The notes: a model not told the origin generated them from the sequence alone. Shown: positions 9,178 to 19,159, counted from the stretch's first letter. The stretch is DNA of 62,439 nt from Candidatus Heimdallarchaeota archaeon (GCA_030607575.1 JAUWJS010000002.1:1-62439); one strand, 5' to 3'. Numbers and translations: made by a program.

Positions 9178-11106
9178 TTATTTGACTATGTTACTTGTAA
9201 GCTGAGTTTGGTAAAGGTCTCGATATTTTCCTTTTTTCTTTAATAATTCTTTATGAGAACCAATTTCAACAATTTTTCCATCATCTATGACTACTATTTG
9301 AGAGGCTGTTTTTATTGTAGATAATCTATGAGCAATAATTATAGAAGTTCTTTCACGTAACATAAGATTAATTCCTTTCTGAATTAGAGATTCAGTAATA
9401 GGATCGACAGAACTGCTACATTCATCTAAGATTAGAATACTTGGGTTTGCTATGACAGCTCGAGCAAGTGATATAAGTTGTCTTTGACCTAAAGATAACC
9501 TAGACCCTCCTTCTTTTACATCCGTATCATACCCCTCTGGGAGTTTCAAGATATAATCATGCAATCCAAGCATTAAACATACATCATATATTTCATCATC
9601 AGTTGCATCCTTTCTCCCAAACTTTAGATTATCCTTTACTGATCCACTAAAAAGATAAACATCTTGAGGAACAACAGCTATATTTTTTCTTAATGTTTCT
9701 AAATCGATTTCCTTTATGTTTATTCCATCAATACTAAGTTCTCCTTTTGTCACATCATAATAGCGTGATAATAGTTTCGTAATTGTTGTCTTACCAGCAC
9801 CCGTTTGACCAACCAAAGCTATACTTTTCCCAGGTTCTATGGTTAAATTAATATTTTTAAGAACAGGAACCTTTGGTTGATATCTGAAATGCACGGATTT
9901 TAGCTCAATAAGTCCTTTAATTTTCTTAGGGAAGAAAGGCTTTGCTGAATTCTTCACGGAAGGATCTTCGTCTAATATTTCAAATACTCTTTCAGCACTG
10001 GCAAATCCTGATTGTATGACCGTGTAGAAGGTAAAAAGACTAATTACTGGCATGAAGAATCTATTCGAGTATTCTAAAAATGCATACAGCTTTCCATAAG
10101 TAAGAGTACCAAGCGAAATAACTGAATATCCTCCGAAGATGATCACAATGGTACTCCCCAAAGCAGCTATTAGTTGTATGATCGGCATGAATAAGGAGGA
10201 AACCCCTGCAGCTTGAACATTTGCTGAATAATTTTCCTTATTTAGATTCTTAAAATTTTGAATGTTCTTTTCCTCTCTAGAAAGAGCTTTAGTTACTTTT
10301 ACTCCTGAGATTGTTTCCTGTAAATTTGCAGTAATTTGAGCAATTGCGACTCTAGTTCTTCTGTATGCTGATCTTACGCGTTTCTGGAAGAAGAATGCTA
10401 TCATAATTAGGATTGGGATTACAGTAATTGTCAAAAGAGTCATATTCACATCAAGAATGAACATCAGGACGAGAATCCAGACTAAACTAATGAAATCTGC
10501 AAAAATGTCTATGATACCTGTCGTCAATAACTCTCCTAAGGAATCTACATCATTCGTTAGTTTGGAAATTGTTCGACCAGATTCTGTCTCAGTAAAATAA
10601 TCAAAAGAAAGATATTGCAGTTTGGTAAATAAATCATTTCGAATACGATAAATCATCTTTTGTCCAAGCTTAGCAAAGAAGATTGTTCTTACTAATATCA
10701 AGATGAAATTCACAACTATGAACAATAGATACATGGCTCCCATGATTAAAAGAGAATTAGTTATCTCATTCTTAGATAGGGGGATCATAAAACTGATGCT
10801 TTTTGTTAATATTCCAATATTAGAACCATTGTAATTTGAAACATATGTGTTTCGGAAACCAGATAATATTAATTCCAAAGAACTAACATCGGTATAGGGT
10901 TTAATGAAGTAATCGATAATTTGCATCATTAGAATAGGGATAGTAGTAGTGAATAGCGAAAACACAACCACGATAGCTAGAACAGAAATTGCTTCTGATT
11001 TATAATAGCTAAAAACACTCAGAATTTTCTTAAACAAAGTCCAATCGGAATATTTTTTGTCTCGTTTTTCTTCTTCTCTCGCCATGTAGCGCATTATATG
11101 ACCCAT
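9178..11106 (-). CDS. ABC exporter, fused permease/ATPase (MsbA/MdlB-type half transporter)
   Basis: 642 aa. N-terminal six-TM domain, then Walker A GQTGAGKTT, signature LSLGQRQ and Walker B ILILDE. Confidence 0.8.
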   Translation of the reverse strand: MGHIMRYMAREEEKRDKKYSDWTLFKKILSVFSYYKSEAISVLAIVVVFSLFTTTIPILMMQIIDYFIKPYTDVSSLELILSGFRNTYVSNYNGSNIGILTKSISFMIPLSKNEITNSLLIMGAMYLLFIVVNFILILVRTIFFAKLGQKMIYRIRNDLFTKLQYLSFDYFTETESGRTISKLTNDVDSLGELLTTGIIDIFADFISLVWILVLMFILDVNMTLLTITVIPILIMIAFFFQKRVRSAYRRTRVAIAQITANLQETISGVKVTKALSREEKNIQNFKNLNKENYSANVQAAGVSSLFMPIIQLIAALGSTIVIIFGGYSVISLGTLTYGKLYAFLEYSNRFFMPVISLFTFYTVIQSGFASAERVFEILDEDPSVKNSAKPFFPKKIKGLIELKSVHFRYQPKVPVLKNINLTIEPGKSIALVGQTGAGKTTITKLLSRYYDVTKGELSIDGINIKEIDLETLRKNIAVVPQDVYLFSGSVKDNLKFGRKDATDDEIYDVCLMLGLHDYILKLPEGYDTDVKEGGSRLSLGQRQLISLARAVIANPSILILDECSSSVDPITESLIQKGINLMLRERTSIIIAHRLSTIKTASQIVVIDDGKIVEIGSHKELLKKKGKYRDLYQTQLTSNIVK

Positions 11107-12929
11107 TAATCATTACCCCCTTGAATCATGTCTTTTTGACTATGTTGATCAATTTCACCATAACTCTGTTCAAGGGTTTGGTAAATTTCTTGATAAAGTC
11201 CTTTTGAATTTATTAGTTCAGAATGTGAACCATCTTGAACAATCTTTCCTGCATCGAAAACCAAAATCCTATCTGCATAATGAACTGATGAAATTCTATG
11301 AGAAATAATAATCGTTGTTCTCCCTTTACTTAAAATGTTCAAGGCTTCTTGTATTTGAGCTTCAGTTTCAGCATCTACTGATGCCGTAGAATCATCAAAG
11401 ATAAGAATTGAGGGGTCAGTTAGAAGGGTTCTAGCAATTGAAAGTCTTTGTTTTTGACCTCCGGATAGTGTAATTCCACGATCACCAACTTTAGTATCAT
11501 AAGCGTCAGGTAATCCAGATATGAACTCATGTATTTTTGCTATTTTGCTTACCTCTATAATCTCTACATCTTCAGAATCAGGTTTTCCAAAAGCAATGTT
11601 TTCTTTGATAGTTGCGTTGAAGAGATATGTTTCCTGAAGAACCAAACCTATTTGCTTTCTCATTTTCTTTAATTTATATTGTTTGATGTTTTTACGATCA
11701 ATTAATATTTCCCCTTTAATGGGGTCATAAAATCGAGATAATAAGTTAACAAAGCTACTCTTACCACTTCCAGTACCACCTAAAATTACTATTTTTTGAC
11801 CAGCAGGTATTGAAATATTAATTCCATCTAGGATTAATCTTCCTTCTTCATATTCAAAACTTACACTCTGATAGGCTATCTCGCCCATGAACTTTGGCGG
11901 ATCTATAGCATTTGGATCTTCCTGTACTTCTCGTTTAGCTTCAATTAATTCAATAATCCTATCCCCACTAGCTAAAGCTCTTTGAAGAATCCCTACTAAC
12001 CAAGTGAGTTGTCTTGTTGGTCCAGGTAGAAGAGCGAGATATGATAAAAATGCAATGAAATCCCCTAACATAAGCTCTTGTCTGGTAACTGCTATCCCTC
12101 CAATTGCAACTACTAGAGTTGCCCCAAACCCTATTAATAATGTCATTGTTGAAAAATAAATTGCACGATAAATTTGTGTTTTAATTCTTAAATCTCTGTA
12201 AATAACATTAGATTCATCAAATTTAGCGATTTCAGATTCTTCTTGAGCAAAACCTCTTACGACGTGAGCACCTGTGACATTTTCCTGTAGTATTGATGTT
12301 ACGTCTCCAAATTGTCTTCTAGCCTGGTAGAAAAGAGGTCTAACTTTAGTACTAAACCAGTGAACTAACCATATGAAACCTGGAAACAATGCAACTTGAA
12401 TCAACCCTAGTTTCCAGCTCATGACTAGCATTGCAGCATAAGCACCAATAAAGAAAACTAAGCCATTCATTACTAATCTCAAAGTAAAACTAATCAAACT
12501 TTGAATTGCATTAAGATCTGTTGTGACTCTTGTCATTATCTGACCAGTATTCTCATCATCGTAAAATTCTAAACTCAGCTGTTGAAGAATTTCGTAGATA
12601 TCATTTCGGAGTTCAAAGATTACCTGTTGAGCATATTTAGCCGCATAGAATCGTGAGAAGTAAGTCATAATCCCACCAAAAATAGCAACGCCTAATAAAC
12701 TTAAGCCAATTGTCCAGACAAGATTAATCTTTTCATTGGGAATAGCATTATTGATTAATTCCCTAACAAGTAAGGGTGAAATTAAACCTATAATTGATGC
12801 GACAAACGAAACAACAGTAATAAGCATTAGAAATTTCTTTCTGTGTGAAATATATGGCCAGATAATCTTGAAGATTTCTTTAATAGAATGAGTTCTTTTT
12901 CGTTTTTCTAGCCATGACATCTGGTTCAA
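11106..12929 (-). CDS. ABC exporter, fused permease/ATPase (heterodimer partner)
   Basis: 607 aa. Walker A GGTGSGKSS, signature LSGGQKQR, Walker B ILIFDD. A TAATG 1-nt stop/start overlap with the downstream paralogue implies a heterodimeric pair. Confidence 0.8.
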   Translation of the reverse strand: MNQMSWLEKRKRTHSIKEIFKIIWPYISHRKKFLMLITVVSFVASIIGLISPLLVRELINNAIPNEKINLVWTIGLSLLGVAIFGGIMTYFSRFYAAKYAQQVIFELRNDIYEILQQLSLEFYDDENTGQIMTRVTTDLNAIQSLISFTLRLVMNGLVFFIGAYAAMLVMSWKLGLIQVALFPGFIWLVHWFSTKVRPLFYQARRQFGDVTSILQENVTGAHVVRGFAQEESEIAKFDESNVIYRDLRIKTQIYRAIYFSTMTLLIGFGATLVVAIGGIAVTRQELMLGDFIAFLSYLALLPGPTRQLTWLVGILQRALASGDRIIELIEAKREVQEDPNAIDPPKFMGEIAYQSVSFEYEEGRLILDGINISIPAGQKIVILGGTGSGKSSFVNLLSRFYDPIKGEILIDRKNIKQYKLKKMRKQIGLVLQETYLFNATIKENIAFGKPDSEDVEIIEVSKIAKIHEFISGLPDAYDTKVGDRGITLSGGQKQRLSIARTLLTDPSILIFDDSTASVDAETEAQIQEALNILSKGRTTIIISHRISSVHYADRILVFDAGKIVQDGSHSELINSKGLYQEIYQTLEQSYGEIDQHSQKDMIQGGND

Positions 12930-13002
12930 GTTTTCGTTTTAACGATATAAGAATTATGTTATCACATGAAGAAATGCTATTATTCACTTTGGATAAAAAC
13001 AG

Positions 13003-13010
13003 TTATAAAT
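13003..13010 (+). promoter_or_regulatory. Candidate TATA box (TTATAAAT) for the 13056-19135 operon
   Basis: TTATAAAT lies 46 nt upstream of the TTG start at 13056. A GGTGGAG Shine-Dalgarno-like element sits at 13044-13050. The same octamer lies upstream of mcm. Confidence 0.3.
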
Positions 13011-13055
13011 GTCGTTTGAACTATTCTCGTAGAATATGTTTTTGGTGGAGATAGA

Positions 13056-13925
13056 TTGAAAAATAGTAAACTAATATGTTTGACGATAATCCTTACATTC
13101 ATCATAGCTCCTGCAACAAGTAATCAAGTGACTACTATAAAAGGAGAATTTGAATTCACTGAAACATGGGACTACAAGGGGATAATTACCAGACAAAATC
13201 GCCGTGTTAGATATACCCCTATTTATGGAATTAATCCAGATATGTTAAGAACATTCATCTATTTCTTAGATGATGCCAATGATAATGATACAGCTATAGA
13301 TACTATTGTTGCATTGCATGGAATAAATCCACTACGTAATGCACCACATCACTCCCTAATATTTGAATCAACAAGTTTAGGTGCAGAATATGGATTCAAC
13401 GTAAGTTCTGAAGCAGGTATGGAATGGGTTGATGTCGAATATGATTCAGATATAGTTAATGCTAGTTCAAGTTCTTTTGACCCAGCAATAAAAGATATTT
13501 ATGATGTTGTTACAGCATCATCAAAATATTCATTACCAGAATTATATGATAATATTACTTTTCCCACTTATCTTGTTTTTCCAGTTCATATTGCCAATTT
13601 CGTCACCCAAACTGGTATAGTAGGGCATTGGAGACAAATAAATAAAGATCAGACTGTTATTAATGGTAATTTTACCACCTTTGGCGCAGATAACCCAATC
13701 TTTACTGGACCTGTGAATGAGACAGATCCGACAGATATTGCTTATCCTGAAAATCAATGGTGGCCACAATTTAATGTCACTATTGCTCAAAATGTAGAAA
13801 GAACTTCTCTTCCTCGAACACATAGCTTCCAGGTTAACTTTCCATTCACAACAATTGTTGCATCTTTGGCACTTGCTCTTGTGATATTTACATTTGTTAA
13901 GAAAAGTAGGAGGAAAACAAGATGA
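13056..13925 (+). CDS. Secreted/surface glycoprotein paralogue 1 (signal peptide, C-terminal TM anchor)
   Basis: 289 aa. Has an N-terminal hydrophobic signal (LICLTIILTFIIAPATS), 7 N-x-S/T sequons, and a C-terminal TM plus basic tail (IVASLALALVIFTFVKKSRRKTR). TTG start is preceded by GGTGGAG. Confidence 0.6.
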   Translation: MKNSKLICLTIILTFIIAPATSNQVTTIKGEFEFTETWDYKGIITRQNRRVRYTPIYGINPDMLRTFIYFLDDANDNDTAIDTIVALHGINPLRNAPHHSLIFESTSLGAEYGFNVSSEAGMEWVDVEYDSDIVNASSSSFDPAIKDIYDVVTASSKYSLPELYDNITFPTYLVFPVHIANFVTQTGIVGHWRQINKDQTVINGNFTTFGADNPIFTGPVNETDPTDIAYPENQWWPQFNVTIAQNVERTSLPRTHSFQVNFPFTTIVASLALALVIFTFVKKSRRKTR

Positions 13926-14692
13926 GAAAAATAACTCTATTCATAGTAACTCTAATGGTTACCTCTTTATTCATGTTATCATTCAACAATTCAATCAACG
14001 TTACTGCCCAAGAAACTGAAGATGAGGATTGGGATTTTACAGGTACAATGAGAATTACTAGTGATCAAAAGAGAATTCAAGTCTTTGATCCAGTAGCACA
14101 TGGATATAATGAGACATATGGTGATTTTACAACACCTTTGCTCTATATGGATGTAATAGGTTATGATACGGGTGAAGATGGAGAAATGGATATATATTAT
14201 GGATTTTATGGCACCTCTAGTCTGTTCGATTTGGCCCATATCAACTATACAACTATGAGTAATTTATTGGTAGTGAAAGTGTTTGCAAAATGGAGTTTAA
14301 GGATACCCGAAAGTTCACCTTTGGTTTGGGAAGTTCTCTATTATCCGGATCCGTTTTACGATGCTATTGCTAGTAATTTGTATCATAAAATACCAATTTA
14401 CTATGTAAATCTTACAAAAGCTGAAGGTGTTAATCTTCAGTTCAAAATTGAACTAGGGTTGAATTATACATTAGGTAATTTTACTACCTGGGGGGCAAAT
14501 AATCCAATCGTTCCATCTATGCCTACGTTTCCTGGGTATAATGTTTCTGTTCCAGTGTTTACAGCAAATTTACCTATTAGAGAAATTCAAGCCTCGCCTT
14601 TCTTCTCAGATCCACTAACTTATGTGACAATTGTAACAATGTTTTTCTTCTTGAGTTATTATGTTAAGAAGAGGGGAAAAAGAACGGGATAG
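13922..14692 (+). CDS. Secreted/surface glycoprotein paralogue 2
   Basis: 256 aa. ATGA stop/start overlap with the previous gene, and AGGAGG lies 8 nt upstream. Has a signal peptide, 8 N-x-S/T sequons and a C-terminal TM plus KKRGKRTG tail. Shares DWDFTG/TWDYKG and GNFTTWGANNPI/GNFTTFGADNPI with paralogue 1. Confidence 0.6.
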   Translation: MRKITLFIVTLMVTSLFMLSFNNSINVTAQETEDEDWDFTGTMRITSDQKRIQVFDPVAHGYNETYGDFTTPLLYMDVIGYDTGEDGEMDIYYGFYGTSSLFDLAHINYTTMSNLLVVKVFAKWSLRIPESSPLVWEVLYYPDPFYDAIASNLYHKIPIYYVNLTKAEGVNLQFKIELGLNYTLGNFTTWGANNPIVPSMPTFPGYNVSVPVFTANLPIREIQASPFFSDPLTYVTIVTMFFFLSYYVKKRGKRTG

Positions 14693-14755
14693 TAGAACAG
14701 TTTTTGATTCCCAAACATTTTTATCTTTCTTTCTATTACATCTTTATGAATTGGG

Positions 14756-15436
14756 TTGATTGGATTATCATACATTGCTTCAATATTGTTAGTCTCAATT
14801 TTTAGCTTAACACTAGCAATTTTCATAGTTATTCCAAATATCTTCAAAATTAAACAATATATTTGGCTAAGCGTGAAAATATCACTCATAGTAATTTGTG
14901 CTATTCTGGTTATCTCATTCGTTGAGACAAAAATAGACGCTTATTACTTTCTAGGAAGCTTTTTTGGTGTTGGATTTCTGATTAAAGGAATATTGATGTC
15001 TAATAGATTAAGCTTTGTTGTATTTCTAGTAAGTTTTATGTCCTTTTCGTTTGTATTTTTGTCTATTGGCAATGTAATTATGTTTGTTTTCAGTCTCTGT
15101 TTCTCCTATCTCTTCATATTTGGCATAACTGCCTTTAATTTGTATGACTCAAAAGCTAAAGAAACAATTTTGGAAGATATTAAAGGATTTCAAACTATAA
15201 GTTTTATAACTTTACTTGCTTTCCCAGTGATTACTGTATACATACTTTATTTCTTATCAGAGAATCAAGTAATATGGATAGAGAAAACATCTTTCTTCGA
15301 TTTGTTCAACAAGAACAGTGATGCAATTACTTTCCTGATTGTAGGAATTATCTTTTTGTTAACAATAACATTTGTGTTTGTTTTAGATTTACATGCTCAA
15401 GATAAGAAAAGGATGGATGAACCATGGTATTCTTAA
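14756..15436 (+). CDS. Polytopic membrane protein, unknown function (occupies the NuoJ position but is not recognisably NuoJ)
   Basis: 226 aa, almost entirely hydrophobic with about 6-7 TM segments. The TTG start is uncertain. Confidence 0.45.
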   Translation: MIGLSYIASILLVSIFSLTLAIFIVIPNIFKIKQYIWLSVKISLIVICAILVISFVETKIDAYYFLGSFFGVGFLIKGILMSNRLSFVVFLVSFMSFSFVFLSIGNVIMFVFSLCFSYLFIFGITAFNLYDSKAKETILEDIKGFQTISFITLLAFPVITVYILYFLSENQVIWIEKTSFFDLFNKNSDAITFLIVGIIFLLTITFVFVLDLHAQDKKRMDEPWYS

Positions 15437-15696
15437 GTTATCTAATTGCCCTGAGTCTCATTTGCTTCTGTTTAGGCTTGCTATTATTAATGTTCTCAAA
15501 ATCAAAAATTCAAATAAATATGAGTTTTATCTTTCTCTTTTTATCAGGTATTTTTCTTATATCTAGCTCGATTATTAGTACTGATATTGTTTTATTCTTC
15601 TTATTAGGCTTAGTTTCAATTACTATACTCTTGGCTTTTCATTTCAGAGATCAGTTATTATCAAATAATCATGTAGAAGAGGAGGGAGGAAATTGA
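15424..15696 (+). CDS. NuoK/MrpC-like small 3-TM membrane protein (degenerate)
   Basis: 90 aa with 3 TM segments. SLICFCLGLLLLMFSKSKIQ..MSFIFLFLSG aligns by eye with NuoK ILFVLGLTGLVIRRNLL..LIGLEIMINA. The two conserved membrane glutamates appear replaced (F, I/T). Confidence 0.45.
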   Translation: MVFLSYLIALSLICFCLGLLLLMFSKSKIQINMSFIFLFLSGIFLISSSIISTDIVLFFLLGLVSITILLAFHFRDQLLSNNHVEEEGGN

Positions 15697-17639
15697 ATAC
15701 CATAACTGTCTTACTAATTGCTCAAGTTTCAATTTTGATCGGTTTACCTGTATTTAGACGTCTATTAGTGTTTTCAGATAACGATAAGATTAGGGTAAGA
15801 AAAATTTATTCAAGTATTGTGTCTCTTTCTTTGGCTGGATTCTCTATTATTATATTTGCACTTACCATACATTATCTAAACGTAAATGATCTTTCAACCC
15901 TAACAGAGGAAATAACCTTATTTTCCATATCTGGATATAATTTTGCTCTCGGATTTCAATTAACTCAAATTCAAGTTCTTCTGTTTGTAGGCATTACTTC
16001 TGCTGTAGCTTTGATAAATTTCTATTTGGTATGGAGTCAGGAGAAATGGACTATTGATCAAGTAGATAGAATCTCTATTTACTCGGTGGTTTCTATTCTA
16101 GTTATCTTATCTCCAAACTTCTTTCAATTACTGTTCTTCTTAATTGTGGCTGATTTAGTCCTAATTGAATTGTTTTACAGTTTGAATCAAGAAGAAAGTA
16201 AGCAGAAGAACTTGAAGATAATGACTGCTTCATTGGGTGTTGGAGATTTCCTGATTTGTATGGCATTCATACTTCTTTTCAGAAGATCAAAAAGCTTTGA
16301 TTTTGACATTATTTTGAGTGATATTCAGTACAAATTTTTCATTTTTAAACCATATTTTATTGTTCTTTGTTGCTTGTTTCTTCTAGGTATATTAGCAAAA
16401 AGTTCTTTGTTCCCATTTCACAGCTGGCTACCTAATATTTGTTCTAAAGAATCTACCTGGAAATTTAGTCCTATAATGGTCAATATTATTCTTGGAATAT
16501 CACTCATCTTCATTTCCCCAATATACAACTTACTTGTAGTTGTGCCAAATTATTATGCTTGGTATGGTATAATATTTTCTGTAATTGCAACATTTTTCGC
16601 CATATTTCTGACAAAGGAATTTGAAAAACAGATTCTCGTTTTCACTTCTTCTGTAGGTTTGTTATTAGTTTCAATTGGAATTGGAAACCTGGCTAGTGCT
16701 TTTCAGTTTTTGATGATGTTGCCTTTTGCTTTTCTGGGCCTTGTGATTCTTTCATCAAAATCTATAAACATACACCTAGATCCTCCTACTGATCAAATAA
16801 GTAAAAAAATCATCAGATCAATAGCTAATGTTATCTTTGTTACAATTGTTATGATCTCAATAATTTCAGTAATTCCTTTTAGCAGTAGTTTACTTACTTT
16901 GGGTTATCTATTCACTTCTAATATTATAGATTTGAGTCTTCTTGTTTACATTTTAACCATTAGTTTAATTTTGGGCATAACTTTAATCTGTATTCAAATA
17001 AGTTTGAAATATTTCAAACAAAATCTCTTCATGAAACTAAGATTTTCAGAGTTGTTTCCACTTATAATGATTCTAGTTTTCTTATCAGCAATTAGTGTTC
17101 TCTATCCTTTTTATAACATTTTAAATCCATTTTCATTACCTCTTAATTTCTCCCAGGAAAGCCTTTTCATTGCTCTTATCCCAATTTTTGTAGGATGGTT
17201 TGTTATCCTTGTTTCATACATTGTTATTGAGTTATTTGCTGAAAAATTCTTAATATATCTCAAAAAATTTTCAACTAAGATTCAGGAACAATTGAGTAAA
17301 ATATACTATTTCGAATTTATTTTCTCACCTATTAATTGGGTAATTGTTCAAATCATAATTCCTTCAGCAATCTGGTTTTATGTAAATGTGATTAGAGGTT
17401 TTATTTACAAGGTTATAATAGTCAGTATCTTCAAATTTTTCTTCTATCTAGCAAACCTCGTTAAGGATTTTGTAACTAATGTTGCAGTTCCACGTACTGT
17501 AAATTTCTTTAAGAGAAGCTCTCAGTTTATTCAAAGCTTGGAAAGTGCTAAACTAAAAACTCAGCTACTTTATATAATCCTAGGACTTGGGATAATGTTT
17601 GCTATTACAATTATTCTTTATGCTGGAGGTATAATCTGA
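15693..17639 (+). CDS. NuoL/MrpA-like antiporter-type membrane subunit (divergent)
   Basis: 648 aa. LGILAKSSLFPFHSWLPN matches the GAxGKSAQxPLHxWLP core of PF00361-type subunits. FALGFQLTQIQVLLFVGITSAVALINFY matches the N-terminal NuoL pattern. The C-terminus (YYFEFIFSPINW ... LESAKLKTQLLYIILGLG) resembles the NuoL lateral helix plus final TM. TTG start is preceded by GAGGAGGGAGGA. Confidence 0.6.
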   Translation: MNTITVLLIAQVSILIGLPVFRRLLVFSDNDKIRVRKIYSSIVSLSLAGFSIIIFALTIHYLNVNDLSTLTEEITLFSISGYNFALGFQLTQIQVLLFVGITSAVALINFYLVWSQEKWTIDQVDRISIYSVVSILVILSPNFFQLLFFLIVADLVLIELFYSLNQEESKQKNLKIMTASLGVGDFLICMAFILLFRRSKSFDFDIILSDIQYKFFIFKPYFIVLCCLFLLGILAKSSLFPFHSWLPNICSKESTWKFSPIMVNIILGISLIFISPIYNLLVVVPNYYAWYGIIFSVIATFFAIFLTKEFEKQILVFTSSVGLLLVSIGIGNLASAFQFLMMLPFAFLGLVILSSKSINIHLDPPTDQISKKIIRSIANVIFVTIVMISIISVIPFSSSLLTLGYLFTSNIIDLSLLVYILTISLILGITLICIQISLKYFKQNLFMKLRFSELFPLIMILVFLSAISVLYPFYNILNPFSLPLNFSQESLFIALIPIFVGWFVILVSYIVIELFAEKFLIYLKKFSTKIQEQLSKIYYFEFIFSPINWVIVQIIIPSAIWFYVNVIRGFIYKVIIVSIFKFFFYLANLVKDFVTNVAVPRTVNFFKRSSQFIQSLESAKLKTQLLYIILGLGIMFAITIILYAGGII

Positions 17640-19135
17640 TGAGTTATCCACTTTCATTCTTGTACGATTTCCTACCTCTTGAAATTCTTCTACTGGGAAT
17701 CATCTTAATTATCGGTTTGGGGTCATTCTCTTCTAAGATTATCAAAAAATTCCCGTTTCTTATGACAAGGATGAGAATTGTTTATGGTTATATTGCTCTT
17801 ATTTCAAGTATTATTGCAGTTATAGTGTATAGCTACATATATACACCAATAGATAGTACTTATGTAATTGCATTTAATTTGACCATAACAGCTTTTACTT
17901 CAGGACTATTTTATGCTGTTTCATTTGCTATCATTATTGGGATTTTCTTATCTATTGTTGAAATAGAGTTGAAATTTAGGAAAAGCTATATGCTTTTTGT
18001 CTCTTTGCTTTTAATAGAATCCAGTACTATATTCATTACTGCTGCAAATTCATTGGTGTTCGTTTTCTTTGGTTTTGTATTGGTTTTTACTGGAATGAAT
18101 TTCTTTATAAGAAACTTTACATCAACAATGCCCGATAAAAAGAAATCTTTCATCGGGAACTATCTAACTTTGAGTAGTTTAGCTCTATCTTTATTGTTTA
18201 TAGGTTTTGCAGCTCATTCCCTTTCAGGAAATTCCTTTCTATTGTCAATAGAAAACACCACATTACGTCTTTGGGAGTTCATAAGCGAGATATTCATAGT
18301 ATCTGGATTATTAGTTCTAGTTGGAGGTCCTCCTTTCCACTTTATCTTTTTTGAATCGGAGAATGAGAAATTTAATGCAATAACACAGATAATTCTTTCA
18401 GTTCAGAAAGGTTTGACCTTAGCTTTCTTAATTAAATATACTTTAACTATTGCAGAATCATCATTTTCAGTAGTTTTGATTTGGTTATTCACGGTTTGTG
18501 GGGTTGTCTATGTTCTTTGGGGAGTATTGGCTTCCATGACAGTAAAAAGATTACAGAAATTAGTACACTATATCAGCATCATATTTGTGGGGATAATACT
18601 TCTTATTTTATCCGATTTATTTTCTCCCATCCTCACAGAAGAATTGATAAATCTAACATTGAAGACTGCATTTTATGGAGTACTGGCATTTATTCTTTCG
18701 TTAACATTTTCTATATCCTCAATAGGTGTAATTTCAAAGGGTTTCAAATCAGATGAAATACAAATTTTAAGAGAAGTTGGAAGAAATTCTATTTCTCAAT
18801 TCCTTATACTGGTACTTAATGTACTATTAATGTTTGCTGCACCTTCATCAATACTTCTCGTCTCTCAGAAAATTGTTTTTCCTGATTTCTTCTCGCCAAG
18901 AATGTATGCTACAGCTGTGATTCTTCTTTTAGGCGTGGTTTTTTCATTAGTCTATCTTATTAGGTTGCTAAGATCTATCTTCTTTATTCCAATTCAGAGA
19001 AGTCAAGAGTTCTCTTCACCTGAACCAGCAGTGTTTATAGGCTCTTTTATTGCTCTGATTCTTATAGTTGCTGTGGTGATTTTTATAAAACAATTCTTAG
19101 TTTTCTGCAGTTTGATTTGGATAAACCTAGTTTAG
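17639..19135 (+). CDS. NuoN/MrpD-like antiporter-type membrane subunit (highly degenerate)
   Basis: 498 aa polytopic protein. GGPPFHFIFFES corresponds to the (K)xxxxPFHxWxPD core, but the preceding Lys and following acidic/Pro residues are lost. ATGA overlap with the upstream gene, and GGAGGT lies 8 nt upstream. Confidence 0.45.
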   Translation: MSYPLSFLYDFLPLEILLLGIILIIGLGSFSSKIIKKFPFLMTRMRIVYGYIALISSIIAVIVYSYIYTPIDSTYVIAFNLTITAFTSGLFYAVSFAIIIGIFLSIVEIELKFRKSYMLFVSLLLIESSTIFITAANSLVFVFFGFVLVFTGMNFFIRNFTSTMPDKKKSFIGNYLTLSSLALSLLFIGFAAHSLSGNSFLLSIENTTLRLWEFISEIFIVSGLLVLVGGPPFHFIFFESENEKFNAITQIILSVQKGLTLAFLIKYTLTIAESSFSVVLIWLFTVCGVVYVLWGVLASMTVKRLQKLVHYISIIFVGIILLILSDLFSPILTEELINLTLKTAFYGVLAFILSLTFSISSIGVISKGFKSDEIQILREVGRNSISQFLILVLNVLLMFAAPSSILLVSQKIVFPDFFSPRMYATAVILLLGVVFSLVYLIRLLRSIFFIPIQRSQEFSSPEPAVFIGSFIALILIVAVVIFIKQFLVFCSLIWINLV

Positions 19136-19159
19136 CAATTTCGACAATTCAATAAGTTT

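Noticed and set aside
18481-18756. Same-strand alternative-frame ORF inside the NuoN-like gene.
   Set aside because: It lies entirely within a longer hydrophobic ORF that is translationally coupled to its neighbours. There is no SD-like element upstream, and its product is not membrane-like, unlike everything else in the operon.
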